From positions 205,778,001 to 205,842,000 of the forward strand of contig OX597814.1 of the NCBI GenBank assembly GCA_951406725.2: a stretch of 64,000 nt of DNA. Reading direction: 5' to 3'. Below the pieces are notes generated by a model. The model was not told where the DNA came from. It did no database searches and saw nothing but the letters and a program-made list of their open reading frames with translations. Within the stretch, counting starts at the first letter, position 1. Each line of letters starts with the position of its first letter. The translations under genes were made by a program, and so were the position numbers. This document shows positions 39,502 to 55,076 of the stretch, piece by piece. The stretch comes from Octopus vulgaris. Taxonomy: Eukaryota.

Positions 39502-41724
39502 ATGGCTGCCGTGCAGACGACAATAACAGCAACCAGTTCTCTTATTCTTTCAATCATTCTTATTATCACACTGACATCACTAAACATCGATGCGAAGGAA
39601 CTCGGCAATGATTGTGAAGTTAAAATCCCTCCCAATATCAGTGAGATTTTATTTCGTTTAGTAAAATTAGAAAAAGAGGTGTTCAATTTTGAAGTCCATT
39701 TATCAAACAAGACACTTGATGAACTTCTTAATCCTGTGCCATTGGATTATTTTGCAAATGCGAGGAGTTTTACGTGGATTACAGATAAATCAGGCGCTTT
39801 AACTCTATATAAAACTTTCCCCTATGATTTTTCAATGCACACTTTTAATATGTTGGACGTCTACATTGCTAAACAAAGGATTGATATCAATATCACTTGT
39901 GGAAAACAAAATATTCAGAGACACGATTTAATATATTTGATATTCGACGCATTGAAAAGAATCATATTTATGGACAAATTGCAAATGGGAGAATCTGGAT
40001 ACATGTGTTTTTATATAAATTTGTCTCAAGACATGAAGAAGAACAGCCCTGGCACATTTGAAGCTCACAAAAGAATTGGTATGAATCGAGAACTGTTGAA
40101 GAACTATTGCTGTAAACTCTATAAAAATGGAAGCTATTTTTATCACTCCAAATCTATTTGTTCAGGAAAGATTATTGAGAATGCTATGTTTCAGAATTTA
40201 GCACGTATCGCCGGTGCCGTTTTGTGGGCTATATTACCATTACTCATTAGTTTCGTATCAAAAGCGAAAGTACCTTCACATACCCGTCAACTCAATCTGC
40301 CACTGTTTGCTCACGATGAATTCATATTTACAATTAAAAACACATTACCATACAAATCCGAGTGGATCAATGTAAAACATAATATTTACACATTCTCACA
40401 TTTTCTGTCTTGGGTATTTTGTTTCCACAATTCCTCTTTCTTTGCCTCAAGACTAAGAAGATTCCTTTGTATTCTATTTTCTCTTTCAGTAATCTTTCTG
40501 GATCTTTTGATGCATAACTTCTTTTTATATGAAACAATAGAAATTCTTTACCAAGATGGTATACCATTGGGCTATCGCGCCCTAATATTAGGAATACCAG
40601 AAAGTTATGAGAATACAGATGGCTGGTTTGGTGGTCCGTTTTTGTGCTTCATCGGCTATATATTTTTTAGCTTTATTCTCTTCGTTCTTCCCAGTCGTTT
40701 AAGTGAGACTGTCGCGTATAATGCACTACATCAAAGATCCACTTTCACGTTTCTGATACAAAATATCACATTATTAGAGAAGTATGGCAGTTTAAATGTT
40801 TCTACACAACAGGATTATGATCTACTCTATGCAATAATGAAAGCTAATGTTTCTACAGCTTTAAACCCAAATTTCTGGCATTTAATAATTTATACTTGGT
40901 TCAAACGTATAAAGAAAATTTGGTTATATTACTGCAGGAGAAATATTTTCTGGCAATTCATTGCGCTTTGGCTCTTTATTTCCATTACAATTTTATTTGC
41001 TGTATTTTCTGTCTGTGAATTATTTCTATGCCTCGTTTATTATGGAATCCCATTTGTTTATCTGATTTTAACTTTACCATTAAGTTATTTCAGAGTTTAT
41101 ATTTTTCCCCTGTATTTGAATCCTAACTATATTTTCAAGATTATTGCTTTCATTTTAACCTTCATATCGTTTCCATGTTTTGTAGTGTGGGGAAATTATT
41201 CAATCTATATATTTGCATTAAGTTTTGGTATCCTTTGCGAGTATGTATTTTCAATAGCTGTTGCAGTACTTGCTAAGCCTGATACTGTTGGGGATATATG
41301 GTTTGTTTCCATGTTTCTTCTCTATGGTATTGCAATCATAAAAGCTATTCTGAAACAGTATGACTTCATTCTGCTTGAATCCATAAAGCTCGCCAAAAGT
41401 CTTCGTCCAAATTTAGTTCAGTCAAAATATGGGGAAGAATTCATGGATGCCAGTTTGTTCAAGACAATTATTTACCATCATTTTCCATTGAGATACGAAA
41501 TTGGTAAATCCATTGTAAAATTGTTTCTAATCGTAACCTTTTTCTTTGCTTGCAACAATATAATAAGTCGAGAAGACTTGAACTTATCAGCATTCACAAA
41601 GATTACTTTGATATTGATGACGTCTATGATGCCTAAATTTTTGTCTATAGTAAATGCAGATCGTAGGTTAACAATAACCATGTTAGATAAAATGATCCAA
41701 ACAATAAACTTATTTGAAGAATGA
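39502..41724 (+). CDS. Uncharacterised 740-aa multi-pass membrane protein (signal peptide, Cys-containing ectodomain, ~10 TM helices); paralog 2, intact
   Basis: Uninterrupted non-repetitive 2.2-kb ORF in AT-rich DNA; hydrophobic N-terminus ending IDA-KE; 6 ectodomain Cys and several NxS/T sequons; two paralogs conserve start and stop positions; no transposon motifs. Confidence 0.9.
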   Translation: MAAVQTTITATSSLILSIILIITLTSLNIDAKELGNDCEVKIPPNISEILFRLVKLEKEVFNFEVHLSNKTLDELLNPVPLDYFANARSFTWITDKSGALTLYKTFPYDFSMHTFNMLDVYIAKQRIDINITCGKQNIQRHDLIYLIFDALKRIIFMDKLQMGESGYMCFYINLSQDMKKNSPGTFEAHKRIGMNRELLKNYCCKLYKNGSYFYHSKSICSGKIIENAMFQNLARIAGAVLWAILPLLISFVSKAKVPSHTRQLNLPLFAHDEFIFTIKNTLPYKSEWINVKHNIYTFSHFLSWVFCFHNSSFFASRLRRFLCILFSLSVIFLDLLMHNFFLYETIEILYQDGIPLGYRALILGIPESYENTDGWFGGPFLCFIGYIFFSFILFVLPSRLSETVAYNALHQRSTFTFLIQNITLLEKYGSLNVSTQQDYDLLYAIMKANVSTALNPNFWHLIIYTWFKRIKKIWLYYCRRNIFWQFIALWLFISITILFAVFSVCELFLCLVYYGIPFVYLILTLPLSYFRVYIFPLYLNPNYIFKIIAFILTFISFPCFVVWGNYSIYIFALSFGILCEYVFSIAVAVLAKPDTVGDIWFVSMFLLYGIAIIKAILKQYDFILLESIKLAKSLRPNLVQSKYGEEFMDASLFKTIIYHHFPLRYEIGKSIVKLFLIVTFFFACNNIISREDLNLSAFTKITLILMTSMMPKFLSIVNADRRLTITMLDKMIQTINLFEE

Positions 41725-41845
41725 AATACATCACGGAGAAGTTTATCAAGTTATTTGATATTCTTCGATACGATGAAAAGTACATAAGTGTGCTTTATGG
41801 ATTATTAACTACACTGTATAACATAATAATAATAATAATAATAAT

Positions 41846-41885
<40 letters not shown>

Positions 41886-42284
41886 CTTTCTAGTGGAGAC
41901 ATAAACACTCAAATTTGTGGGGCGTTCACTAGTCGATTATATCGACTCCAGTATTTCACTGGTATTTCATTTATCGACTTACATGCACACGCACACGCAC
42001 ATATATACATCTAAATGTACAATCTGAAAAACAATTCTTCATTGCTTAATATTTTCTTTCTGTCTGGTTTAATCCAGGTTTTTGTTTATTTTGTTTCGAA
42101 TCGAATAAAGAATTTATTTTGATATCGACTATAACGTTGTTTGTCTTTCTTCTCGGAATCCATGTCTCTGGGCGCTTTGTCATACTTCCCTCAAAGCATT
42201 TCCGTATTTGTGTGTGTAAATGAGGGTGTGGTTGTGGGAGGGTGTGTGTATATGTGTGTATTACTCAAATAGTTGAGACTCATT

Positions 42285-42640
42285 GTTGGGTCTGTTAAAA
42301 GAATTGAAAAATGAACAACCCTCAAAATCAAGAATTTAAAGGAATTGCAAATGAATGCAAACATGAATTTCAAAACAAAACGTCACATCTTCTGCATTAC
42401 TTGCCTACAATTCGACGAGAATTACATTGGAGGAACAGAAACAAATTTCACCAACCGTGTCAACGTCCTCAAATAGTAAATTAAAAATTCATCTTTTAGA
42501 AATTGTCCACGTAATAAACATGTAAACATTTGTGCAAATGGAAAATAGAAAATATTCCCTTTTTACAAAATATAAGACGAAAATGTCCAGCTATGAAAGG
42601 CACTGCATAAGTCTTCTCAATCTGAAGCTAAACCCGAAAT
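42285..42640 (+). mobile_element. Penelope-like GIY-YIG endonuclease remnant (duplicate at ~59630-59980)
   Basis: Manual translation gives HIFCITCLQFDENYIGGTETNFTNRVNVL..IKNSSFRNCP..KHVNIC. Confidence 0.65.
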
Positions 42641-43180
42641 CGTCAACCCCATAAACAAAAACAACTTTCTCTACACGCATTACCCCAGAACATGTGTTTT
42701 GTAGAAGTTCAACAATGAAAGCGGTTACATACAAAATACAGACAAAGGCTTTGTGACATTCTATTCTCTAAATAACTTTTAAACAGTTAATAACTTTCAA
42801 AAGTAATGAAAAAAACACTAAAAGAGAATGAGTAAAACCCAGACACAATAAAATTTTAGAAGAACTTTCATTAAACATTGGGACAATATCAAGTATATTT
42901 AGAAAGACTCTTACACACACACACACATACATACACAGACACTGACACACAAGCAAACAAACACACACTCATCAAGAAGACGGTGCTGCTGTATGGCCGC
43001 AGTGAAATGATTTAAACATGTAAAAGAATAAAAGATTATATACATATCCTCGGTGCCACAGCCGTTTTTGCCGTCTCCATCCTGAATCCAGCGCATCTCT
43101 ACATCTAGTAAGTACTGTATTTGGAAAATATATTTTCAGAACTCCTGTATCCGCCGCCTATGTGAATATCTCGCTCTCAG

Positions 43181-43244
<64 letters not shown>

Positions 43245-43449
43245 AAATTAAGGATAAAATCTTTATAAGAAATTATCAGTAGTTAGCGTGAAAAACCTCG
43301 AATAGGCAGATTGTAACCGAAATGCATTGCGAATAAGCCCGCCATTTTCATAGATATGTAAAGATAAACATACGTACATGCTACGACGAATTCTACGGTT
43401 GGCTGTCGGGTATGCTATATTGTGTTTTTTCCTTACATGTCTTGAGTTC

Positions 43450-43513
43450 GTTTCACTGAAGAGCATAGAATGCATATTCTGCATTGATTGCGAAATCACA
43501 GGTGATATGTAAC
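43450..43513 (+). ncRNA. Type I hammerhead ribozyme motif (AUA site)
   Basis: gtttca-CTGAAGA-gca...tgc-GAAA-TCAC ag GTGA-TA-tgtaac, within a (TA)n-flanked remnant (43242-43650). Confidence 0.65.
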
Positions 43514-43666
43514 TAAATTCTGTTTTTAAATGACTTGCTTTGAAGTTTTGCATTCGGTACAATTTGTTTATTTTAGTAGTTTTGACTGCAAGTGTCCATC
43601 CTAGCGTGCGGTACCTATGAATAATAGTACCCTCTATATAATATAAATAAATATATATATATATAT

Positions 43667-46165
<2,499 letters not shown>

Positions 46166-46209
46166 TATGGATATATATATATATATAGGTTTGGATATTT
46201 ATAAATATA

Positions 46210-46255
<46 letters not shown>

Positions 46256-46390
46256 GGATAAGCATGTTAGACGGGTGAAAATATAAAGTATATTAAATAC
46301 ATGAAATACAAAAATTGCATATATGTATATCTGACACACAGAATGCAAATGATACAGAGAATTAAAGATGTTGAATAAAGTATTACAAAA

Positions 46391-46478
46391 CCAACAGCTG
46401 TTTCTGGGGAGTCGGTGGTCAAAAATAATGTTTATAGATTGATTCCATCGTAGAATGAAATGAGCCTCCATCTTCGGC
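46391..46478 (-). ncRNA. Truncated or degenerate hammerhead motif
   Basis: Minus strand reads CCGAAGA-tgg...cca-GAAA-C AGCT G-TT; the 5' strand of stem I is lost at the junction. Confidence 0.45.
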
Positions 46479-47367
46479 GATGAGATCTTACATTTGAGAT
46501 GTTAAAGGAAAGAAGTTCAAAGATGGAATGAATACGTGGAGAGCTAAGTGTTTTAGAGGGAGAAATTGGGGGAGGTATTCAGATAGGGAATAGTGAGAGG
46601 AGAAAATAAATTTCAAGAGTTAGGGGTTAATAAAGAGACTGGTAGGGAGTAATAGTAGCAGAGGTGGAAGAGAGTAGGGTTGTGTTGGTGGTAATTGTTG
46701 GGATAGCGAGAAAAGAGAATGGCCATTATTTGGGAGGAGTAAGTTGACTGGTCCAGTGGCTGACGGAGATTACTAAATAGAGAAGTATGAGAGAAGATAG
46801 AGGGAGGTGGATGAGAGTGATGGTGGGAGTTGATAGTCTATACTCTCCATATTGTCCTATCCAATGCATTCCGTATTGTTCTAGGCTAATGATACATGAA
46901 GCCTCATAGTAAAAAGACGTCCCTCTCTCTCTTCCAGATCAGTGGCTATCATTGCAATATTAAGATGTTCGCGTTTGTCTGTGTGTCTGTATGTATGTAT
47001 ATGTGTGTTGTGAATGTAAGTGTGTGTATGCGCTCGTGTGTGTGCGTATGCGTGCTCAAGCACCTCAGTCTGCTTCCCATTTCCCAGCGTTTGCTCCCTC
47101 CTTGAATCTCATATCATTTTTATTCTTACATTTTCCGAAGTCCCGCTATTCTCCATTCATTTATTCTTTTACTTGTTTCAGCCATGCTGGAGCACCGCGC
47201 TGAAGTGTTTTAGTCGGGCAAATCGATCCCAGGGCTTACATGTTAGTCTGGTGCTTAATTTTTACGGTCTTTTTGCGAAACCGTTAAGTAACGGGGACGG
47301 AAACGCACCAACACCGGTTGTCAAACGGTGATGAGGGCACAAACATAGAGCATACATACATACATAC

Positions 47368-49300
47368 ATGTTAGGATCCGTTCATCTTACTAAAGTTGCA
47401 GTGAACATAGTGAAAGCCATAACTAACCTGACTTCATCGAGGGCCGCCATCTTGAAATTAAACACAAACAGTGACTGTATTATCATTGGCAGAATACAGT
47501 ATGGCAAAGGCATATTCCAAGGGGACAGCCTCTCTGTGATGTTGTTTATACTTTCTGAAAACCCCTTGTCATTCATGTTAAGGAAGTCTGAGGAATATCT
47601 CACTGGTTCACAAGGAAACAGACATGCCAAAACTACACACTGTTTCTTTGTGGTTGGTTTCAAACTATATGCCATGAATGTGTATGAGATGAAAAAAAAA
47701 AGCCTTGGCCTAGTTACGACATTCTCAAAGGAAGTAGGGTTGGAGTTTGGTCAGGATAAATGTTATAAGGTTGTGAAAAGGGGTAAAACTATAAACCAGA
47801 CTAGTAGCATCTCCATCAATGATTTAATTGATTCCTCTATATCTGATGAGGAATATTACTGATATCTGGAGGTGCATGAATACATATCTTATATTGGCAT
47901 CTGTAACAAAACACATGCCACAAAAGAATATCACAGCCAAATAAAGAAAATTTGAACCTCAGAACTCTCTGTACATTCAATAAAACAGCAGTGCGGAGTG
48001 CAGTGTCAGTGTTCATACGAACATTTGGGATGCTTGATTGGACGCTTGATGAGATCCGAACCATTGATGTGAAAACCCGGAAGTTACAAACAAACACACA
48101 AAATTTCCACATAAACAGTGACGTAGACCACAACTACCTAAAACGAAAAGAGGGCGGTAGAGGCTTACCATCAATTAAAAATGCCTTTAAATGTTGTATC
48201 ATATCCCTTCTGCAACATCTTTTAACCACCGAGTGTTGAAGTGCATCCCTTGACCAAGTTTGCTGACATAAGTAAGATACCATCATAAGACTTGGAAGGC
48301 AGTTTCTTGAGCAGCAGCATTCCTTGTCTGAGAACCTTAAATACATACCCAATGAAGTCACACGACTCTACTGCAACGTATCCTCAGGTGAATGGATGAG
48401 CATATACGAGCAGAAAACCAAGCATGGATATGTTAGAAGAAAGTTCTGTGGTGATAGTAACATCAATCATCAAAGAAGTCTTTCATGGACCAATAGCGGA
48501 TTACTACCTCCCACTTTGAAGGCATTCTATTCCAGCATTAGCAATCCAGGAATAGGAAATATCAACCAAGTACCTGATTAAAAATGGGATGGAGATGCAG
48601 GATTAGCAGTAAAATGTGACAACAGATGCAGACTTTATGGAGTTCACACCGAAGATACCGCCCACATCATAATCAGTTGTCCGAAAATGTCATCACGGTA
48701 TTATCTACCAGTGAGACATGATGTATTAGCTACGAGGTCCTCTAATGAAATCCATCGCAAGTATAACTCCGCGACAAAGAAATATAAAGCCACAGTATGG
48801 TAGAAGCCATTGCCACTCGCAATAATAAAAAGGATACTGGAGGAATATCCCAGTCAAAGCCTTAGTAAAATATAAGCACAACAGACCTGATATAATGATT
48901 TGGGATTGAGAAGGGAAACTGTGGAAATTAGAGAAGGGAATTGTGGAAATTAGCTGCCCAGCGGATGTTAACATAAAGCTGAAGATCAGTGAAAAAGAGA
49001 ACGCCTATGCTGAACTATTGAGAAATCTGCAGTTACTCTATCCAGATTACAAGTTCAGGTTTATACCAGTAATTATTGGGGCACAGGGATATCTAACACA
49101 CTGCCTAAATACAAATCTTGAGAAATTAGGCTTCTCAAAACCAGAAAGGGGAAAGCTAATTCGAAAACTACAGATCCAATCCATCACTGGAACTGTAAAA
49201 CATTGTAAAACTCTTCAGCGGTTTATCATTTAAATATTTATGTACATGTCTAGATATGCATGAGAATACATACACAAAACAAAACATACAAATCTGCACG
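47368..49300 (+). mobile_element. Decayed R4/Dong-like retroposon flanked by (TACA)n on both sides
   Basis: GIFQGDSLS, KEGGRGL, CPKMSSRYYLPVRHD, HNRPDIMIWD, ISCPAD, FIPVIIGA; both junctions lie in CATA repeats. Confidence 0.85.
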
Positions 49301-49900
49301 TATACATACATACATACATACATACATACATACATACATACATACATACGTACGTACATACATACATACATACTAAAATACCCTGTTGATGTTTTTGGAA
49401 TTCGAATCTAGGCTTGGTCTATTGGTAAGAAAACTTTATATAAACTGAATAATGACATACATACATATACGGCGGGTTCCTTTCAGTTTCCGTCCACCAA
49501 ATGCACCCAGAAGTCTTCGGTCGGACAGAAGCTATAGTAGAAGACACTATCTTTTCGATATTAACGCTATCTTTTTAAGATATATACATACACACACATG
49601 CATACACACACATGCATACACACATACATACATAGGCACCCACACACACTTGCGCACAAACAAACAAAGAGGAACGCAGTGTAATTAACGGACAGAGTTA
49701 AGACTATTGAAAATGTTGCCAGACACAACGAATATTTGAGGAAAATAAAAACAAGAAATAAGTGGAAATTTCACCGGTGAGTGTGTTACATTATAAGGCA
49801 CAAAAACAAAATGATTCTCCCTAGACACAACAGAATATGCTTCAACACACAAACTCACATAAAGAATCTTGCAAACCAAAACCAAAATCGAATGATGATG

Positions 49901-50038
<138 letters not shown>

Positions 50039-50056
50039 GTAATAATAATGATAATG

Positions 50057-50088
<32 letters not shown>

Positions 50089-50089
50089 G

Positions 50090-50144
<55 letters not shown>

Positions 50145-50146
<2 letters not shown>

Positions 50147-50676
50147 GCCTTGATGCAGTAACACGCAGTGGCTTCAATGGCTTCTCATCTTAAATGATTG
50201 GAAGTGTTATCATGTACATTGATTTGCCTTGGTATAGAAGAGGGGCTACAGCAAATATTCTGCTCAATACCACAGATTTACTTGTCAGTTGCTTGACCTT
50301 AACCAGTTGGGCATGCCCCTTAGTGGCTGACGATATGTGCATCTCTGATCACGAGAAGTAGTGTAGAGAGGGATACTTTGAGATTTGGATAATTCACCCT
50401 TAGAAACATGGGTATTTCGTTCATCATCCTTAAACAAACCTTATTCAGGCAGCTTTTGAGCGGGATTGGTTACTCGACCTGAAGAAAATTCTAACTGAGC
50501 CCCACCTGCAAGGTCATACGTTGTTAATGTTGATATGAGATCACCACGTTGCGCACATGTGGTTGTGATGTGTGTACGTTGTGTACCCTTGTCAGACGGA
50601 TAGTCATGATGGGTATACTGGGCTTCGTATACTTTACCCCAGTGTTACTTTGATGACATGCACTGCTCGCTCACTC

Positions 50677-50677
<1 letters not shown>
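50145..50677 (+). mobile_element. Probable 3' UTR fragment of a (TAA)n-targeting retroposon
   Basis: Unique ~530-bp block bounded on both sides by (AAT)n; no coding motif seen. Confidence 0.4.
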
Positions 50678-50762
<85 letters not shown>

Positions 50763-50772
50763 TAATAATAAT

Positions 50773-51488
50773 ACCAGAAATTACCAAAAACATGTAATGA
50801 AAAGAAATATAACAAGTAACTGCAGAATATGTAGAGATGGACAAGAAACAATAAATCATATTATCTCTGGCTGCCCAGTCCTGGCTAAGAAGGAATATAT
50901 TCACAGACATGACAGAGTTGGAACCTACATACACTGGAAGCTATGCCAACATTATGGAATAACAACAGAAAAAAGATGGTATAGGCACACACCAGAAAAG
51001 GTCACAGAAAACGAGAAAGCAACCATACTCTGGGATATGCCGATACACACAGATAGAGAAATTAAGGCCAACAGACCAGATATAGTTGTCAGAGATCATG
51101 AAGAAAAAAATGCTTTCTAATTGATGTATCAATACCGGCAGATGACAACGTGTCTCTAAAAGAAATGGAGAAACTTTCAAAATACAAAGACCTGGAAATA
51201 GAGGTAACCAGAATGTAGAATCTAAAAACAGAAACAATTCCTATCATAGTAGGTGCATCAGGCATGATAAAAAAAATATTAAGACAAATACATAACAAAA
51301 ACACCAGGACTTACAAACACATATAACACACAGAAAATTGCACTACTAGGCACTGCACACATCCTACACAGAACACTTTCCATACAATAACCATCAGAGC
51401 ATCACAACAAATCACAGCACATACCCAAGGCACACAGAGCTGCGCTCGGTAGTGAAGTGAAAGCACGCTACAAAAAATAAAACTACTG
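50773..51488 (+). mobile_element. Dong/R4 3' fragment in (TAA)n
   Basis: TRNYQ..CRIC...ETINHIISGC..RHD..ILWD..RPDIV, KYKDL, IPIIVGA. Confidence 0.88.
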
Positions 51489-51510
51489 AATAATAATAAT
51501 AATAATAATG

Positions 51511-51587
<77 letters not shown>

Positions 51588-51704
51588 TATTATTATTATG
51601 GTAACACCAACATTTTTTTCTTAGCCCCAAGGCACATTCCTAACACGCCAGCTGAGCTTAATTCGTCCTAGTCGAAAGACGCCTGTTCGTGATGTCCTGT
51701 TATT

Positions 51705-51925
51705 GTTATTAATATTATTATTATTGTTTTTATATTATTATTATTATTGTTTTCACGTATTATTATTATTATTGTTTTTACGTATTATTATTATTATTAT
51801 TGTTTTTACGTATTATTATTATTATTATTGTTTTTACGTATTATTATTATTATTATTGTTTTTACGTATTATTATTATTATTATTGTTTTTACGTATTAT
51901 TATTATTGTTTTCACGTATTATTTT
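51705..51925. repeat. ~28-bp minisatellite ((TAT)n-GTTTTTACG)
   Basis: About seven units read directly. Confidence 0.85.
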
Positions 51926-52146
51926 TGTATTCATATTCGTGTAACATCGTCCGTTTTTATGTCCTTGTTTTGTATATATTCGAAGCTTTCTTCCAAGGAA
52001 TCTAATGCGGATTAATCAGCCGAAATTGCGAGGATGATCCGGTTCTTGACTGAAGATTGAAGGTCTCGAATGTCACGTCCGTGTTTTTAGTGTCGTCATC
52101 AAAATGTTTTGCGTTTTTGTCCCAGTTTGTATTTTTTATACATATG

Positions 52147-52215
<69 letters not shown>

Positions 52216-53999
52216 ACACACAAACACTTATATATAAAAGAAGATTCTACTCTGTGTGGCATATTTTGCGAACGTATCAGTCGGTAGAGATAATAATTAG
52301 AAGGAGATAAGCTGTTAGTAAATGGATTTAGTTGCATCAGATACATGGGAGGTCTTAATAAGATTGTTGATTCTCTTTAGCTTCAGATTAAGCTGATCTT
52401 TCATAAGAGACATTCCTCCCGTGACTATCCCATACATTTCCTGTGTACAGAGAATCCAGTATCATAATTCCTGATGTATTAACTTTAGGTTGGCTGAGTT
52501 TGATATCAGGGAACATTCTCGGCTACTTCTTGTAGGTGAAGCCTTCTTTATGAACCTTCTTCAATTCTTTTCTGAATTCTTGAAACAGTTGATGGAGTTA
52601 CAGACCAATCAGCTGCTGTCTTACTCACACATTTCTCCATTCTTTTACCAAATTTCAATCTGAGCTCGTTTCTCATGCTTCTTCTTTGTCATTTTTATTT
52701 GGCATCTGAAGATGAATTTGGACATGACTGTCAAGAGAAATGCTTACACAGACAAGATTGTTTGAGTTTTCTAGTGTTAAAAATAACATTTTGGAAAATC
52801 CAATTTACTAAAAGTAATAAGCCTATTTAAATGTGCAGGGGTGACTAAAGCTTCTCAGGTTACTGTGCATGCATGAATAAAATTGGGTTATCCGCATGAA
52901 TGATGTTAACGTATTCTTTACAGATATATATTTACAATTTTATACATATATTTATATATTTCACACGCACAGGAAATAGTTTACACCTATTCAGGCATAG
53001 TTCTGACAATACACTCTGTCTACCACAACTTGGGTTCTGTTTTGATCAGGAAAGCACAGAAGAAGGTTGTTTTGTTGGTTGAGAAATATTATTGATGCTT
53101 TTAAGAAATTGGCTTACTTTTTGTTTCCCAGTATTTGTTGTACGTATATCATTGAAATCGAGAGACTCGCAAAAGGTAAGAGAATTATCATTTTCTTGGT
53201 TTAGCAACATGTCAGTGTTGCGGGAGTAGATCTATGATACAAGACGTTCTAACCTTGACCACCACCCTCTCTATTCATATGCATTGTCCACCAATGTATT
53301 TCCTTTCTAAGAATTGAAGGAAGGATTTGAGAGATATTTGGCTATTATTTTTAGTATTTTGTTTTCTTTGGAGGAGTTTACTGTGAGACGAGGTGTCTGT
53401 CTGAGGATAAACCATGAATCAATCCGGTTTTCTTTTTCTCTCTGGGGTTGGAAACCCTTTAAATGCTGTTCCTTTCCTTTCCTGTTTGTTATTGTTATTT
53501 TTGTTGTTTAACACCTTTTCATCCAGAAGAAGTCTCTGTCTTCTCGTGAAAAAGTTTCTGTGATGTTCATAACTCCTCCCCTGACTACTGTCACTACTAT
53601 TACAACTTGTATAATAACCGTTGCGGTTGTGCCTGCTATTTGCCATAGTTGTAGTAGAGGGACAATGGTCAGTTATTTTAGCTTGTGACGTAGTTTAGCT
53701 GGTAGGCTGTATAGTATTTGTTGTAATGTTATTAACTGCGAAACCACATAGGGGTTCCAACGTCGTCCAGGTTTTCGTTTATATTGTTTGAGAGAAGCTT
53801 AATTCCAGATCTTTTCCCAAAATATATCCTTCATTCAAAATTATACTGAAACTGTGTATTTTGAACAATATTCCTGATTATTCTATAATATTTAATTTTT
53901 TTACAAAAGAAAGACAGAGAAAAGAAGAACTATAAAGGGAAGAAAAAGAAAGAGAAAGAAAACATCAATGCAGCTCCAATTTCTTCAGTTGGTCAAACG

Positions 54000-54300
54000 C
54001 CACAAAGCCCAACGGAACCTACTGAAGCGAGTCAACACTTCACTGCATTATCAGGATCGAAGGCGAGGCTAAGGCGTCGGAAAAGCCAAACGCCATCACA
54101 GGCATCACCCGACGCCTCGGTTAAGCGAGCTGCCAACGATAACAAGAACTTCGTTGTTAGCGGTTCACTTCCTTCAAACATCTCAAACGCCATAAGTTGG
54201 AAGAGACAGTTCAATCTCAGTTCCCGATATTTCAAGGTTTTGTTCCGTTCGGCTACAAACTTTCTTCCTACGTCCCACAAACGTTGCTTGTTGGCGTAAT
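54000..54300 (-). mobile_element. CRE-like non-LTR C-terminal fragment
   Basis: AERNKTLKY...MAFE..FLLSLAARLTEASGD...LFRRLSLA resembles the RLSxAxQRGNA tail of CRE-clade elements; absent from the other duplicate. Confidence 0.5.
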
Positions 54301-55076
54301 TGTTTCGCAGTAAAATAATTTAGTTGTGGATGCGGATCGTCCATGTATGGTTCCAATCTGATCAAACATCCAACGACGGGGTTTTGTTTAGCTCTTCTAT
54401 AACAATTAATAAATCTGTCCTCAATTCATAAATCCAAGAAAAAAAATGAGTTTTGTGGTTAGGGTTTCTTCTCTAACTACAGCTAGAAAGAATCTGTTTA
54501 TCTGTTGAGCTGTTGTTTTTGTTCTGTTCCTTGGTTGTGTTGTTGTTGATGTTGTGTCCAGCCATGTTGTTTGTAGTAAATCTCTGCATGCTAAATTCAA
54601 GTTTCAGTCGAAAATCAATACAATCTTTAATAAAAGGCTCCTTCAGTTAATTCTTCTGAAGATTAACCAGTTATTTAACAGGGCTTCAAAGATGGAGATA
54701 GTATTCATCGTATCTTCCATAAATAGTCTTCCATACTAAATACGCGACGTGTCACTTCGAGCCAGCCTGTCCGTATGTATGTATGTATGTATGTATGTAT
54801 GTATGTATGTATGTATGTATGTATGTATGTATGTATGTATTTATGTATGTATGTATGTATGTATGTATGTATGTATGTATGTATGTATGTATGTATGTAC
54901 GTATGTAAGTATGTATTTATGCATGTATGAATGTATGTATGTATGTATGTATTTAATAAGAAGGATTTATCTACATTCATTCCAGGAAATGGCATTGTGC
55001 CTTATTTATGAGGTTGCTGTGCTCTACTAGAAGTTCCCGAAGTCCATACATACGGTATGAGTGTGAGACAGGAATA

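Noticed and set aside
39736-40344. Segment missing from paralog 1 interpreted as a spliced intron (retrocopy)
   Set aside because: Begins with GT but does not end in AG, is open and conserved as coding in two copies, and the junction has added T's.
39502-41724. Assignment to GPCR, Cys-loop chemotactile receptor or insect Gr/Or families
   Set aside because: No diagnostic motifs, and the hydrophobic segment count does not fit; left unnamed.
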